Shown here: positions 46,809 to 56,922 of the stretch, in pieces
Position numbering within the stretch: position 1 is the first letter of the stretch
Layout of the letters: each line of letters starts with the position of its first letter
Assembly: GCA_044229845.1 (NCBI GenBank)
Contig: JBGASG010000001.1
Location: 128,001-192,000, forward strand
Length of the DNA stretch: 64,000 bases
Direction: 5' to 3'
DNA from: Candidatus Obscuribacteraceae bacterium
GTDB taxonomy: Bacteria; Cyanobacteriota; Vampirovibrionia; Obscuribacterales; Obscuribacteraceae
Notes under the pieces: generated by a model
The model's database searches: none
Told to the model about the DNA's origin: nothing
What the model saw: only the letters and a program-made list of their open reading frames with translations
Program-made: the position numbers and the translations under genes

Positions 46809-47158
46809 GAATAATCCTCCGGGGGACTCGACACGCCATCGTTATCGCTATCGCTTTGCCATCGCTCTGAAAATAATTCGGATGAGCGGCAGGGGGATTG
46901 CGCTTCTCGTTCTATTGTTATTGTCTTGGCAGATTGACAATAAATTGCGCCAAATCTATTAATGATTTGACGCCGGAGACAGCCAGGGATGGCACTTTCG
47001 CCATTTGCCTTGATAACCCAGCTATTCTAAGTGCAACCTTTTCAGTTGAATAGCGGGAAAAAAATTAGTGTTGCCTCACCGGCTGCAAAGAGAGTCTTGA
47101 AAGCGGCTCTGTGTCTAGCTTTCAAGAAATGTACATGCAACTTGACGTCTTCTAATAT

Positions 47159-48598
47159 CTAGCTCATACCGCGATTGCCGCGTTGAGCGCGCTGTGCCAC
47201 CATTTGTGGTGAACTCCAGACAGCCACGAAGCCGGCGCCGCCGCGATTCATTTCGCGCAGCAGTTGATTGCCGCCGATCGGTTGATTATGCGCGCCGCCG
47301 GGACCCATGTTGCGTCGCGCCGGATCGGCGATCAGATAGCGACCGTCCTGGGTTCTGCCGCTGCAATACACCCAGTGATTGTTGCCTGTCGTCGGATTGA
47401 CTATGCGCACGAGAGCGCCGTGTCCTTTGTCCAGTTCGGCGTTCAGGTCTTGCAGAGTATGCATGCCGACTCCGCGGCGATCGTAATCATATGGACGAGC
47501 ATTCAGTCCGAGGCGATTGGCCAGACCGGCCATATCCGGCAAGCCGCCCGGGAATTGTCCGGCGCGCGCGATTGTCGTGCCTGCGACCGGCATGTTTTCA
47601 ATCTGGTAGGCATCTTGTGCGCTGGGCCGGCGACCGTTCATGTCGGCGAACGCCATAGCCAGGGAGAATGCACCGCACCCATATGAGTTGGTCTGGTGCA
47701 TGTAGATGCTGTCGCGGTCGGTGATGTTGCGCACGACGCGACCGACTATATCGAGCAGCGGCCCGATAACCGGTAACTTAATAGGAATATTGTCCCGTCC
47801 AGGGGCCGGCATGCCTCCACGTCCGCCGTTGTCGTCTGCTCCCGTGTAGGAGGCGCGACGGACCGGTGGAATATAGACCGGCGGTGGGTCTCCACCGACA
47901 ACACGCTGAGGCGGCACCGTATCTTGGCGAACATCGGTGCGCACATCGCTGCGCACGACCGGTGGTTTGGGATCGGTACGTCGGACCCGACCATCTTCCG
48001 GTGCTCCGGAATATCCATAAGGATCGGTGGCGCCGTCTGTCTGGCGGTCTTTGCCGAGCAGCGCGACCAGTTTGTCGTAGACTTTCGGGTCGATGGTTTT
48101 GAGCCTGGCCATGACGGCGTCGAAGTTGTCGTCACGCAAAAGCTGCGTGCGCACGCGCATGTCGGACCCGTCTTCGGCACGCCCTTTCAGTTCCGGGCGG
48201 TTCTTCACGTCTTCAGCGTACTGCTGTTTAAGGGCGTGCGTAAAAGCCATCTTCTCGGGATGGCTGAATCCATGGTCCATGATGCGGGCTGCCGACTGGT
48301 AGAAGCCTTCCAGTTTTTGGACCTTGGTTTTGGCGTAGATATCTGCCGAGGGTTTGCCGGGAGCAGGCGCCGGTCCATCCTGGACTACGGCCACCGGCGG
48401 CAAGTCGCTGCCGTTACCGGTGGTTCGAAATACGACATTGTTCTGCCTTACCTCGGCGTCGGGAACCGTGCCCAGCTTGAGAGCCGCCGTGCCGCGCAGA
48501 TAGTCATCGATCGACCGGTCTGCTGGCGGCAAAATCGTGCTGCCGTCGGCAACTTGAGCTGGTTCTGGGGTGACGATTCTGTCGGAGGCTTTGGACAT
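47159..48598 (-). CDS. Protein with C-terminal C39-like (papain-fold) cysteine peptidase domain
   Basis: HQTNSYGCGAFSLAM (Gln/Cys), NHWVYCSG (His), LIADPA (Asp); long low-complexity N-terminus. Confidence 0.78.
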   Translation of the reverse strand: MSKASDRIVTPEPAQVADGSTILPPADRSIDDYLRGTAALKLGTVPDAEVRQNNVVFRTTGNGSDLPPVAVVQDGPAPAPGKPSADIYAKTKVQKLEGFYQSAARIMDHGFSHPEKMAFTHALKQQYAEDVKNRPELKGRAEDGSDMRVRTQLLRDDNFDAVMARLKTIDPKVYDKLVALLGKDRQTDGATDPYGYSGAPEDGRVRRTDPKPPVVRSDVRTDVRQDTVPPQRVVGGDPPPVYIPPVRRASYTGADDNGGRGGMPAPGRDNIPIKLPVIGPLLDIVGRVVRNITDRDSIYMHQTNSYGCGAFSLAMAFADMNGRRPSAQDAYQIENMPVAGTTIARAGQFPGGLPDMAGLANRLGLNARPYDYDRRGVGMHTLQDLNAELDKGHGALVRIVNPTTGNNHWVYCSGRTQDGRYLIADPARRNMGPGGAHNQPIGGNQLLREMNRGGAGFVAVWSSPQMVAQRAQRGNRGMS

Positions 48599-48838
48599 TA
48601 TGATTCCGCGCGAAAGAGGGACGCTTCTTGCTTATTCGACCGATGTCCTCGCGGGTTAGGCATCGTATGGATAGAGCGTGCTAAACGCGCCTGCATAGGG
48701 TGTAGTTCGGCCTGGCGGAGCTTAGCTGGGATTAATCCCGAGGGAAGAGCTTAATTGTATGTCTGAAGGCAAGAGCAAGCAATCCATTTCTAATCTTGAC
48801 ATCGTAATAACCGCAAGCCAGTGCCTACTTTTGGCTAC

Positions 48839-49561
48839 TCACAAGATCCCGGGGATCAGTCGCTTGGTCCGCTGTTTATAGAGTAAGTACGGCTCCCCAA
48901 GCTGACTGAGGCAAAATGCCTCCAGATCATTCAGGTGCCAGTTCAGCAGCACAACCGCTCCGGGTAAGGCAAAGAGCGGAACCCAGGCGGCAAAACAAAG
49001 CGGCGTTCCGACCAGAAACAGGATGCGGCCTGCCCGGTCGGGGTGTCTGATCCACTTGAACGGACCGCTCACTGCATCAAAGGCCGTCTCAGGCGCGGGC
49101 GCCTCCGATTCTGCACCAGATTTGGTACCAGAGCGCAGCGCTGCCGGGATGGTTGCATGCGTCCAGATGCGCAAACCCAGGGACGCCAGGATAATTGCTA
49201 CGCCGATGGCTCTTAAGATTGGGCTGTTCCAGTCGCCGAAGTGCAGCCTCTCGCAGAGCGCAGAGGCCGCCACATAAAGGAATAAGAACGAGGGCGTGCC
49301 CCAGCGCATCGCCCAGCGGTAGCTGGTCTGAAGACCTGAATCAATTTGTGCGCGACTGAACGCTCCGGTCAAATAGCCCTGCAGCACGGCCACAGCCGCC
49401 AGCACGTTCTCCGACCAGTTGGAAAACAGCAGCGGCCACAGGTCGAGGTGGCGCCAGACTTCCCGGTGCACGAAGAACACTGCGGTCAACACCAAAAGCC
49501 CGTTCAGAAGCCCAAGCTTGAACCCTTGCAGGGCGTCCTGCCCAGAACCGCCCGACCGCAT
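48839..49561 (-). CDS. ICMT/PEMT-family membrane methyltransferase-like protein
   Basis: Multiple TMs, GPFKWIRHP, GEPYLLYKQRTKRLIP. Confidence 0.75.
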   Translation of the reverse strand: MRSGGSGQDALQGFKLGLLNGLLVLTAVFFVHREVWRHLDLWPLLFSNWSENVLAAVAVLQGYLTGAFSRAQIDSGLQTSYRWAMRWGTPSFLFLYVAASALCERLHFGDWNSPILRAIGVAIILASLGLRIWTHATIPAALRSGTKSGAESEAPAPETAFDAVSGPFKWIRHPDRAGRILFLVGTPLCFAAWVPLFALPGAVVLLNWHLNDLEAFCLSQLGEPYLLYKQRTKRLIPGIL

Positions 49562-49564
49562 GCT

Positions 49565-50185
49565 CTAGGCGGAACCCAGCACTTTCAGACTGTGGCGCAC
49601 CAGAACTTCCACATCTTGTGAGAGCTCGTTTTCCTGCGCGGTCTTGAAAGCCAGGTTGATTTCCGTAGGTGTATATCCGAGATTTTCCAGAATCGCACGC
49701 GCCTCTTCAATCGCTGGTGCACTGCCGGTGGTGGCAACGGCGCCCAGGCTGATACCGCCGCGCCGCCAGTTGTCCAGTTTGTTTTTCAATTCCAGAATAA
49801 TACGTTGTGCCACTTTCGCGCCAACCCCCGGGGCGTGGCTGAGCAACTTCTGGTCTTCGTTGGCGATGGCGTCGATGATCTGTTCGGTGCCGAGTGTGCC
49901 GACGAGGGTCAGGGCCAGCTTCGGACCGACACCGGTCACCGACTGCAAGAGGAGAAACATATCTTTGTCCGACTTGGCGGCAAACCCGTAAAGCGTGAAA
50001 TCATTTTCGCGCACGGCCAGCGACGCATATACAGTCGCCTCGCTGCCTATCTCCGGCAGGCGGGCCATAGTCTGCGGTGCTACGAGCAGTTCATATCCGA
50101 TGCCACCAACATCGATAACCAATCGATCTTGTGGACCTCCCAGAACGTCGCGACCCTGCACTGTTCCCCGGAAGAAAGCAAACAT
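49565..50185 (-). CDS. ruvA: Holliday junction branch migration protein RuvA
   Basis: DVGGIGYE, VREN..LYGF, VTGVGPKLA, PGVGAKVAQRIILELK, LGY. Confidence 0.95.
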   Translation of the reverse strand: MFAFFRGTVQGRDVLGGPQDRLVIDVGGIGYELLVAPQTMARLPEIGSEATVYASLAVRENDFTLYGFAAKSDKDMFLLLQSVTGVGPKLALTLVGTLGTEQIIDAIANEDQKLLSHAPGVGAKVAQRIILELKNKLDNWRRGGISLGAVATTGSAPAIEEARAILENLGYTPTEINLAFKTAQENELSQDVEVLVRHSLKVLGSA

Positions 50186-50306
50186 GTATATACCCGCGTG
50201 GTGGTTTCAGAACTCAACTGCAGTTGTTAGTTTAGTTCAAAAACTTCCAGCGCAACTCGCTCACGGGTAGCGCTGAGAATTCAAATGTTCCAATCCAACT
50301 CGAAAT

Positions 50307-50341
50307 AAAAAAGCCGGACACCTGTGAAATGGCGATCCGGC
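50307..50341 (-). terminator. Probable terminator downstream of tRNA-Pro
   Basis: Minus strand GCCGGA...TCCGGC followed by TTTTTT. Confidence 0.55.
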
Positions 50342-50370
50342 ATTTTGTAATCGGGATTTTTTAAATGAAA

Positions 50371-50444
50371 TCGGGGCGAGAGGATTTGAACCTCCGGCCT
50401 TCCGCACCCGAAACGGACGCGCTACCAAGCTGCGCTACGCCCCG
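50371..50444 (-). tRNA. tRNA-Pro(CGG), CCA not encoded
   Basis: CGGGGCG acceptor stem, TAGCGCAGCTTGGTAGCGC D-arm, anticodon loop TT-CGG-GT, GGTTCAAATCC T-arm, discriminator A. Confidence 0.96.
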
Positions 50445-50483
50445 CTTCCTGAAATATATTAGCACGATAGCTCTCTTGACATA

Positions 50484-50510
50484 GATTAGGCGCAGGGCCT
50501 GCGCCTAATC
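50484..50510. repeat. Near-perfect palindrome (13-bp arms) just after the REC-GGDEF gene
   Basis: GATTAGGCGCAGG-G-CCTGCGCCTAATC. Confidence 0.75.
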
Positions 50511-50516
50511 GTCACA

Positions 50517-51437
50517 TTACTCGGCAATTAGTGTCTGGTTGCCGCCGGTTGATTTTGCTTGATTGAGCGCCGTGCGCGCATGTGATGTGAGCACCGCCCC
50601 CTCATCATCCATGGCGGTGGTGTACTGGCATACACCGACGCTGACCGTGATGCGTATCGTCTGGTCGCCGATTGTGAAAGTGCTGGCCTGGACGGCTTCC
50701 CGCAAGCGCTCCGCAACTTCGACGGCGCCCTGCCTCTCTGTATGCGGCAGCACCATGGCAAACTCGCTGCCGCCTGAACGCGCCAGCACATCGGATTTGC
50801 GATTGCCGCGCGAGAGAATTACAGCCAGTTGCAAGAGAATAGAGTCCATGCCCTTTTGTCCGTGGGCTTTCATGATCTCTTTGCTTTGATCCGGCTCCAG
50901 AATCACCATACTCATTGTGTGCTTGTAGCGGCGGCACTGACTGAGTTCAGTCATGACAAACTCATGAAGAAACCGGGCGTTGCGAAAGGAGGTCAACGGG
51001 TCGGTGAGCTGCAACTCTTTGAGCTGGCCTTCTTTCTTGCGCAGTTCATCGCGCAGCGCTTTTTCGCGCAACACCGTCCTGACGATCGTCAGAACGTCGG
51101 TCGGCTCCAGCGGCTTCACCAGTACTGTTTGATCATCGCTGGCGTATTTGTCGATCTCCGGCAGGGCTTCTGCTTTGTTTCTCAAAAAGATAATTGGAAT
51201 GTAGCGCGTCTTTTCTTCCGCGCGCAGCCGGTTGTACACATCGACACCACTCATGAGCGGCATCGAAACATCGAGAAGAATCAGATCCGGCAAGCGCACC
51301 TTGCAAGCGGCCAGCGCTTTGAAGCCGTCGCTGGCAGTCGAAACCGCGAAACCGGCGTTTTTCATCACTTCCGCCACCAACGTGGTGTTGGCTGTTTCGT
51401 CGTCAACTATGAGGATCGATTGAGATGGTTTAGTCAC
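50517..51437 (-). CDS. Receiver-GGDEF protein with degenerate active site (GGSEF)
   Basis: ILIVDDE, LILLDVSMP, TDPLTSFRN, RKSD, RSGGSEF, TVSVGV, AKSTGGN; start GTG 51437 inferred. Confidence 0.85.
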   Translation of the reverse strand: MTKPSQSILIVDDETANTTLVAEVMKNAGFAVSTASDGFKALAACKVRLPDLILLDVSMPLMSGVDVYNRLRAEEKTRYIPIIFLRNKAEALPEIDKYASDDQTVLVKPLEPTDVLTIVRTVLREKALRDELRKKEGQLKELQLTDPLTSFRNARFLHEFVMTELSQCRRYKHTMSMVILEPDQSKEIMKAHGQKGMDSILLQLAVILSRGNRKSDVLARSGGSEFAMVLPHTERQGAVEVAERLREAVQASTFTIGDQTIRITVSVGVCQYTTAMDDEGAVLTSHARTALNQAKSTGGNQTLIAE

Positions 51438-51537
51438 TGCCAGATGACAATACTTGCGAGTGTTCGAATTGGATTGATATTGTACGTGCTCAACCGCTTC
51501 TTGGTTTCTAGCTTTTTCGTGCGCGGATATGTGCGGA

Positions 51538-51924
51538 CTAAGATTTCTTGCTCTTGACGAGCGCCGGGAAACCGACAGCGGGATGCGGAAGCCCGGCCTG
51601 CAAATCATTAAGTACCTCAGTCACGCCAGCAACAAACGTTGTCACGTCAAGCTCTGCGTACTCGGGCGCGAAAGGCTCAACCCGCGCCAATCCGCGCGTT
51701 AAGAGTTTGTGCGCGCCCACCTGGTTGTGTCGCCCCAGGTGATACAGACCGACGGCGATTTGTATCAGACCCTGGGTGAATTGTTTGTCGGGACCGGTCT
51801 GCAAATTCCACAATTTCTCCAGGACTTCATGGCATTCGAAGTACTCCTGTTCGTTGAAAAGTTGCACGCCGTGCGTGAACAGTTTTCCGGTGTCGGAGTT
51901 GGCGTCGTCCGTCACATCCGCCAC
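51538..51924 (-). CDS. DUF309-family protein
   Basis: LFNEQEYFECHEVLEKLW, QGLIQIAVGLYH. Confidence 0.88.
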   Translation of the reverse strand: MADVTDDANSDTGKLFTHGVQLFNEQEYFECHEVLEKLWNLQTGPDKQFTQGLIQIAVGLYHLGRHNQVGAHKLLTRGLARVEPFAPEYAELDVTTFVAGVTEVLNDLQAGLPHPAVGFPALVKSKKS

Positions 51925-54080
51925 TAATCGAGACCGGCAAGTACGACCGTCGGGCTGTCCGGAGGCGCCGTCTCCAGCTCGGTTCTAGCCAACGCCACCA
52001 CTTGCGCTGTGTCCAGCAAACCGGAGAGATCGATGATTTTAGAACCAGTGAGCAGCATCATATTCGGTATCACTTTGCCGGCGTCGCCATAGCTGGCGTG
52101 TTCTTCCGCCAGCGCGATGATCGCCTTTTCGGCTTCGGCGGCGCGTGTCTCCCGGACAGCGCCGTTCTTGATCTGCAGCCTGATTACGCCTTTGGAATCC
52201 ATGGTGCGCAGCGCCAGATGTTTGCTCTGCAGCAAGCCGAGGAGTTTCTTGTCCATCACTACGGTGCCGAACACTTTGAAGAAGGGCGTCTCAGCCAGAA
52301 TCTCTACTTTGTCTGGAGAAACGCGCAGCGATTGAGCAACCAGCGCCAGTCGTTCTGCTTCGGGAACTTCATTGCGCGCAGTGGCGGTTTTAGTCAACCC
52401 GGCAGCACCAAAAGCGGTGGCGCGCACCACGTTCGAGCGCGAATCGACTTCGACCTGTACTTCAATCGAGGCGGCGTCGGCTCCCATTTTAAGAACAGCC
52501 TGGTAAGCCTCCTCGCGGATGGAAAGAATGTCTTCCTGGCGCGGTGTGACGATGAAACGCTCTACCGTTTCGCGCACCAGAGCCAGCGCTACTCCGATGG
52601 CCGAAACAACGTCTGCGTTCTGAGCCAGAACATGCCGCGCTTTCATATGATTGGCTACGTAAGGAACAATCGCCGCGGCGCCACCACCGCCTCCGACAAA
52701 CGTGGTGGTTTCCAGATCAAGTTTGTAGTCTTTGACGAATCTTTGAATGACGGGCATCAGCTTGTCGGTGGCTTTGGACAGCAGCCGGTCGGCGGCGCCG
52801 CTTTCGTCCGTGCCCAGTGCCTTTGCCAGAGGAGCAATCGCCGCTTTGACATTCTCTGCGTTGCCGCGGGCCGGGTCCCCCTCCGGAACCAGATTGAGCA
52901 AATTAGCCGCGCAACTGGGAGTCAGCGTCAATGAGGGCGCAGCATCGCCGTCCGCGATTGCTACATAGTCAGGCGGGTCGGATGGCTTTGGCTGAATGAG
53001 TTTCAAAGTCGGGTTGTTCAGTTTCTCGCTGAATGCTGTGTAGTGCAGACCGGCGATATGGGCGCTGCGCGGACCTACTTCTTTGATCTGGTTGCCTTCC
53101 AGTCTGGTCATCGATCCACCGGCGCAACCGACTGTTTTCACATCGAGAGAACGCAAGAACACGCGGTGCCCGCCGATTTCAGAGTCTTTGACGAGAGCCT
53201 TGCCGTTTCTTATGACTGAAATGTCGGTGGTGGTGCCGCCGACTTCCAGAAAGATGCCGTCTGAAATGTTGAGGTACATCATGGCAGCCGCCACGCCGGC
53301 AGCAGGTCCGGACAGGCGCGTCAAAATAGGCCGTTGCCGCATGGCGTCGATATCCATGACGCCTCCGTCGGAGCGCATCACCATAATCGGAGCTTTGATG
53401 CCGGCGGCGCGCACGCTGCCCTCGGTCATGTTGGCGGTGTCGATCATTTTCGGCAGCATGGCGGCGTTGATGATCGCGGTGCGAGTGCGCACGGTCAGCC
53501 CATACAGCTTGCTCACTTCTGAGCCGCTGGTGGCCATCAGTCCCATCTCGCGCGCGACGCCGACCGCAAACTGCTCGTGCTCGGGAGCATCGACACCAAA
53601 TGATTCGCTGACGGCAAAGGCTTGCGCGCCTTCGTTTTTCATTTCGGTGAACAGAGCCTGCAGTTCTTCTCTGGTCGGTTTCATTCCTGTATCGACGAAT
53701 CTGTATATTGTCTTCAGGTGTTTGCCGGGCGCCAGTTCAATTGCTTTGACGTCAGTAGACTGGCGAGACAGCATGGCGCTCAATCCGCTGCCCATGCCGA
53801 TCACGCCCACGGTGGCTACGTCGCCTTCCACCAGCGCATTGGTAGCTTGCGTCGTGCTGTGCGCGATGAATGACACCGATTGTGGTGCCAGGTTGTTATC
53901 CTTGAGCAGTTTCTCCAGTGATTGAATAATGCCCAGGGCCACGCCTTCAGGCGCGGTATGTGTGGTCGGCACTTTCGACTTGCCGATCAGCTCCAGATTT
54001 GATGCGTCGATGGCGACTGCGTGGGTGAAGGTGCCGCCCACGTCGATGCCGATGCGCACTGAGTCGAATGTGGCGGTCAT
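51924..54080 (-). CDS. Hydantoinase/oxoprolinase A-family ATPase
   Basis: IGIDVGGTFT, KVPTT, HSTTQATNA, MRSDGG, LSGPAAG, EVGGTTTD, VGPRSA. Confidence 0.85.
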   Translation of the reverse strand: MTATFDSVRIGIDVGGTFTHAVAIDASNLELIGKSKVPTTHTAPEGVALGIIQSLEKLLKDNNLAPQSVSFIAHSTTQATNALVEGDVATVGVIGMGSGLSAMLSRQSTDVKAIELAPGKHLKTIYRFVDTGMKPTREELQALFTEMKNEGAQAFAVSESFGVDAPEHEQFAVGVAREMGLMATSGSEVSKLYGLTVRTRTAIINAAMLPKMIDTANMTEGSVRAAGIKAPIMVMRSDGGVMDIDAMRQRPILTRLSGPAAGVAAAMMYLNISDGIFLEVGGTTTDISVIRNGKALVKDSEIGGHRVFLRSLDVKTVGCAGGSMTRLEGNQIKEVGPRSAHIAGLHYTAFSEKLNNPTLKLIQPKPSDPPDYVAIADGDAAPSLTLTPSCAANLLNLVPEGDPARGNAENVKAAIAPLAKALGTDESGAADRLLSKATDKLMPVIQRFVKDYKLDLETTTFVGGGGGAAAIVPYVANHMKARHVLAQNADVVSAIGVALALVRETVERFIVTPRQEDILSIREEAYQAVLKMGADAASIEVQVEVDSRSNVVRATAFGAAGLTKTATARNEVPEAERLALVAQSLRVSPDKVEILAETPFFKVFGTVVMDKKLLGLLQSKHLALRTMDSKGVIRLQIKNGAVRETRAAEAEKAIIALAEEHASYGDAGKVIPNMMLLTGSKIIDLSGLLDTAQVVALARTELETAPPDSPTVVLAGLD

Positions 54081-55492
54081 TTAGGAACATACCCCAGCAT
54101 GACAGCGAGGATCAGACCCAGTATCACCATCGTCCAGGCGTACGGGATAGTCTTGCGCAGCAGTACTTGCGTGTCGGTGCCAAGATACGTGGCAATCCAG
54201 ACGTTGTGAGTGTTAGTCGGATCGCAGATGCCCTGCAATTGTCCGACAGACATCAGCATACCCATGATTGCCCGTCCGCCCAGTATCTGCGTTTCTTTGA
54301 TCAAAGTAACAAGTCCGGCGCCCATTCCGAACAAACTGAAGGGCCCGCGGTAAAGCGCCAGCGGAGCGAAAATAGTGAAACCGAGGACGTAGAAAATCGG
54401 ATTTTGCGGAATGATGTGTTCGAGTAATGGCTTGATGGCGGTGGAGATCGTCGGGTGCATGACTGCATTGAGCAGCATGCCGATGCCAATCATCAAAGCT
54501 ACTGCCGGTGCCACTGTAGCGATGCCGTCGATGATTGAGCGGGTGAGGATATTGATAGATCCTTTCTGCCAGGTGACCAGCACGGCAAATGTGATGCCGA
54601 CCAGAAACGCCGGAATGATCTGCCACTGAAATGCCAGCACCAGAATCAGCGGTACCGCCGGTGACAGAAAGGCCAGCGCTGGCAGCGAGGAAGCCTTTGC
54701 ACCGTGCCGCATCATGGCGTAGCCGCAAAGCATCAGCAGCACAACACCGGCACCGACCAGTGAAGCGGGATTGGGTTCGGTGGTGGCGGCTTTAGTTGCC
54801 GCACCGAGTGATTGCCCGGCGCTCTGGTTGAATGCCGCAAAGCCGCCGCCCAACAAGAGCAATGCGAACGCTGCGTACTGCAGGTTGCGCCAGGACCATT
54901 GTTCGATGAGAAGAAACAAGACGACGACGGCGGCGATACAAGCCGTGAATGGCACTACATAGGCAACAATCTGCGGTTGCTGCAACTCCAGCACATTCAT
55001 ATATAGAGCCCAGTTGCCGAGGTTGTACATGCCGCCCAGGCTGATGCCGAACAAATAGAGCGCACCGGCGGTTGCCGCTGGAATACCGATTGAAAGCATG
55101 ACCGGCAGGACAACTGTTCCCACCATAATTACGGCTCCCAGTCCGCCCAACGATGAGAACAGAAGCGCCGTCAACAGGGTGAGCGCCACCGCCAGCACGA
55201 ACGGGCTGTCGCCGGAGAATTCCGCCACCCAGCGCACCATTGCTTTGGCGATGCCGTGGCGATTGATCAATTCGGCCAGCACGGCACCGAACATCGTGGT
55301 CGTGTACGCGGTATTAAGCTTGGTGGCGCCCTTCGTCAAGACTTCGTCGATGATGTCTTTGCCTGGAATGCCGCCGATGACGGCAATCAAAACTGCCATT
55401 ATCGGCAGCGCCAAAAGTGCCGAGACCCGGCGCGAATACATGAGCGCCGCCATGAGCAGGAAGATTGCAATACAGGCAAGTCCGACTTGCAT
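54077..55492 (-). CDS. Ion-transporter-superfamily (GntP/citrate-like) permease
   Basis: About 12 TM segments; overlaps the hydantoinase start. Confidence 0.7.
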   Translation of the reverse strand: MQVGLACIAIFLLMAALMYSRRVSALLALPIMAVLIAVIGGIPGKDIIDEVLTKGATKLNTAYTTTMFGAVLAELINRHGIAKAMVRWVAEFSGDSPFVLAVALTLLTALLFSSLGGLGAVIMVGTVVLPVMLSIGIPAATAGALYLFGISLGGMYNLGNWALYMNVLELQQPQIVAYVVPFTACIAAVVVLFLLIEQWSWRNLQYAAFALLLLGGGFAAFNQSAGQSLGAATKAATTEPNPASLVGAGVVLLMLCGYAMMRHGAKASSLPALAFLSPAVPLILVLAFQWQIIPAFLVGITFAVLVTWQKGSINILTRSIIDGIATVAPAVALMIGIGMLLNAVMHPTISTAIKPLLEHIIPQNPIFYVLGFTIFAPLALYRGPFSLFGMGAGLVTLIKETQILGGRAIMGMLMSVGQLQGICDPTNTHNVWIATYLGTDTQVLLRKTIPYAWTMVILGLILAVMLGYVPK

Positions 55493-55498
55493 AGGGCT

Positions 55499-56899
55499 TT
55501 AAAAGAGCGCCTCAACAAACATTCTTGGGTCGAACAGTCTCAGGTCGTCGATCTTCTCACCGAGACCGATCAACTTCACGGGCAACTTCAAGTCGCGGGC
55601 GATGCTGAAAACAATGCCGCCTTTGGCGCTGCCGTCCAGTTTAGTGAGAACCACGCCGGTGAGTGGGCAGAACTCGGCGAACACCTTCGCTTGCTGCAAT
55701 CCGTTTTGCCCGGTGGAGGCATCGATTACGAGCAGCGATTCGATGTGGGCGTTGCCGGCTTGCTTGTCGACGACTGAGCGGACTTTCTTCAATTCGGCCA
55801 TCAAGTTGGCTTTGTTGTGCAGGCGTCCGGCTGTGTCGATGATCAATATCTCGTAATTTTCGGCGGTTGCTTTTTGAATTGCCTGGTAGACGACCGCGCC
55901 TGGGTCCGCACCTTCCGGCAGTCTGACTATATCGACTCCGGCGCGTTCAGCCCAGATTTCCAGCTGGGTCTCAGCGGCAGCCCGGAAGGTGTCTCCGGCG
56001 GCCAGCAGCACGCGACGCCCTTGTTGTTTGAGGCGCCAGCAAAGTTTGCCGATGCTGGTGGTTTTGCCGGTGCCGTTGACGCCGACGACGAGAACTATAT
56101 TCAAACGATCCTGGTGCAGTTTCAGCTCAGACGAGGGCGCCGTCGCCAGCATGCTTTCGAACTCTCGCCGCAGGAATGCCTCTACGTTATGCGAGTTCCA
56201 GTTCTTCTGTTTTGCTTCCCGGCGCAGATCGCTGACGATGGTTTCGACATTCTTCAAGCCGATGTCCGCTTTGATCAGTTTCTCCTCCAGATCTTCCAGG
56301 TAGTCATCGTCGATGGCTCTGCCTGGATGTGCCGGACGGGGAGGCTGGCTCGGTGCGCTGGGTGCCGGTTTTGGGGCCGGCGCCGGTTCCGGTTTGGCTT
56401 CCGGCTTGGGCTCGGGTTTTGGTGCCGGCGGTGGCGGCGTTGTGTCGGCCGGCGGCAGCGGTGCCGGGCTGGCTGCCACCGGATCTGGTGCAGGCAGCGG
56501 TGTCGAGATGGGCACTGGATTTAATGGCGCCGCCTGTTCCAGCGGAGTCAGGGGAGCAGTTTCGATGGGCTCCATCGGCTCGGGGCGCGTGACCGGCGGC
56601 TGCGGTTCCGGCGTCGGCTCGGCAGCCGCTGACTGCTCTTCGTGCGGCGGCGGCGGTGGCAACGGCGGCGACGCGATGGATGGAATTTGTTCCGCCACCA
56701 TTTCTGTCAGCGCTTGTTGCACCTGGGCAACCGGCTCCGCTTCTGTTTCCGCAATCGGCTCACCGGCAGCACTGGGGTCTTCTTCATCGCGGTCTACGAC
56801 AGCATCGACCAGCACCGATTTGGTTTTCGAGAGGGCGCCCTTCAACTTAGAAAGCGTCGCTCCCCACCAGCCGCTTTGCTTTTCTTGTTGGTCATCCAT
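55499..56899 (-). CDS. ftsY: SRP receptor FtsY with Pro-rich N-terminal region
   Basis: GVNGTGKTT, DTFRAAA, DTAGRLH, TKLDGSAKGG, GLGE. Confidence 0.96.
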   Translation of the reverse strand: MDDQQEKQSGWWGATLSKLKGALSKTKSVLVDAVVDRDEEDPSAAGEPIAETEAEPVAQVQQALTEMVAEQIPSIASPPLPPPPPHEEQSAAAEPTPEPQPPVTRPEPMEPIETAPLTPLEQAAPLNPVPISTPLPAPDPVAASPAPLPPADTTPPPPAPKPEPKPEAKPEPAPAPKPAPSAPSQPPRPAHPGRAIDDDYLEDLEEKLIKADIGLKNVETIVSDLRREAKQKNWNSHNVEAFLRREFESMLATAPSSELKLHQDRLNIVLVVGVNGTGKTTSIGKLCWRLKQQGRRVLLAAGDTFRAAAETQLEIWAERAGVDIVRLPEGADPGAVVYQAIQKATAENYEILIIDTAGRLHNKANLMAELKKVRSVVDKQAGNAHIESLLVIDASTGQNGLQQAKVFAEFCPLTGVVLTKLDGSAKGGIVFSIARDLKLPVKLIGLGEKIDDLRLFDPRMFVEALF

Positions 56900-56922
56900 A
56901 TCGATACGTTATGCACCCATCA

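Noticed and set aside
46810..47158. Possible sRNA or riboswitch in the AT-rich intergenic region (TTGACA at 46934; hairpin near 47096-47128)
   Set aside because: Weak -10, hairpins lack a U-tract in the right orientation, and no known RNA motif recognised.
50371..50444. tRNA-Pro as an integration site for an island or prophage
   Set aside because: No integrase and no duplicated tRNA 3' end noticed; flanked by ordinary genes.
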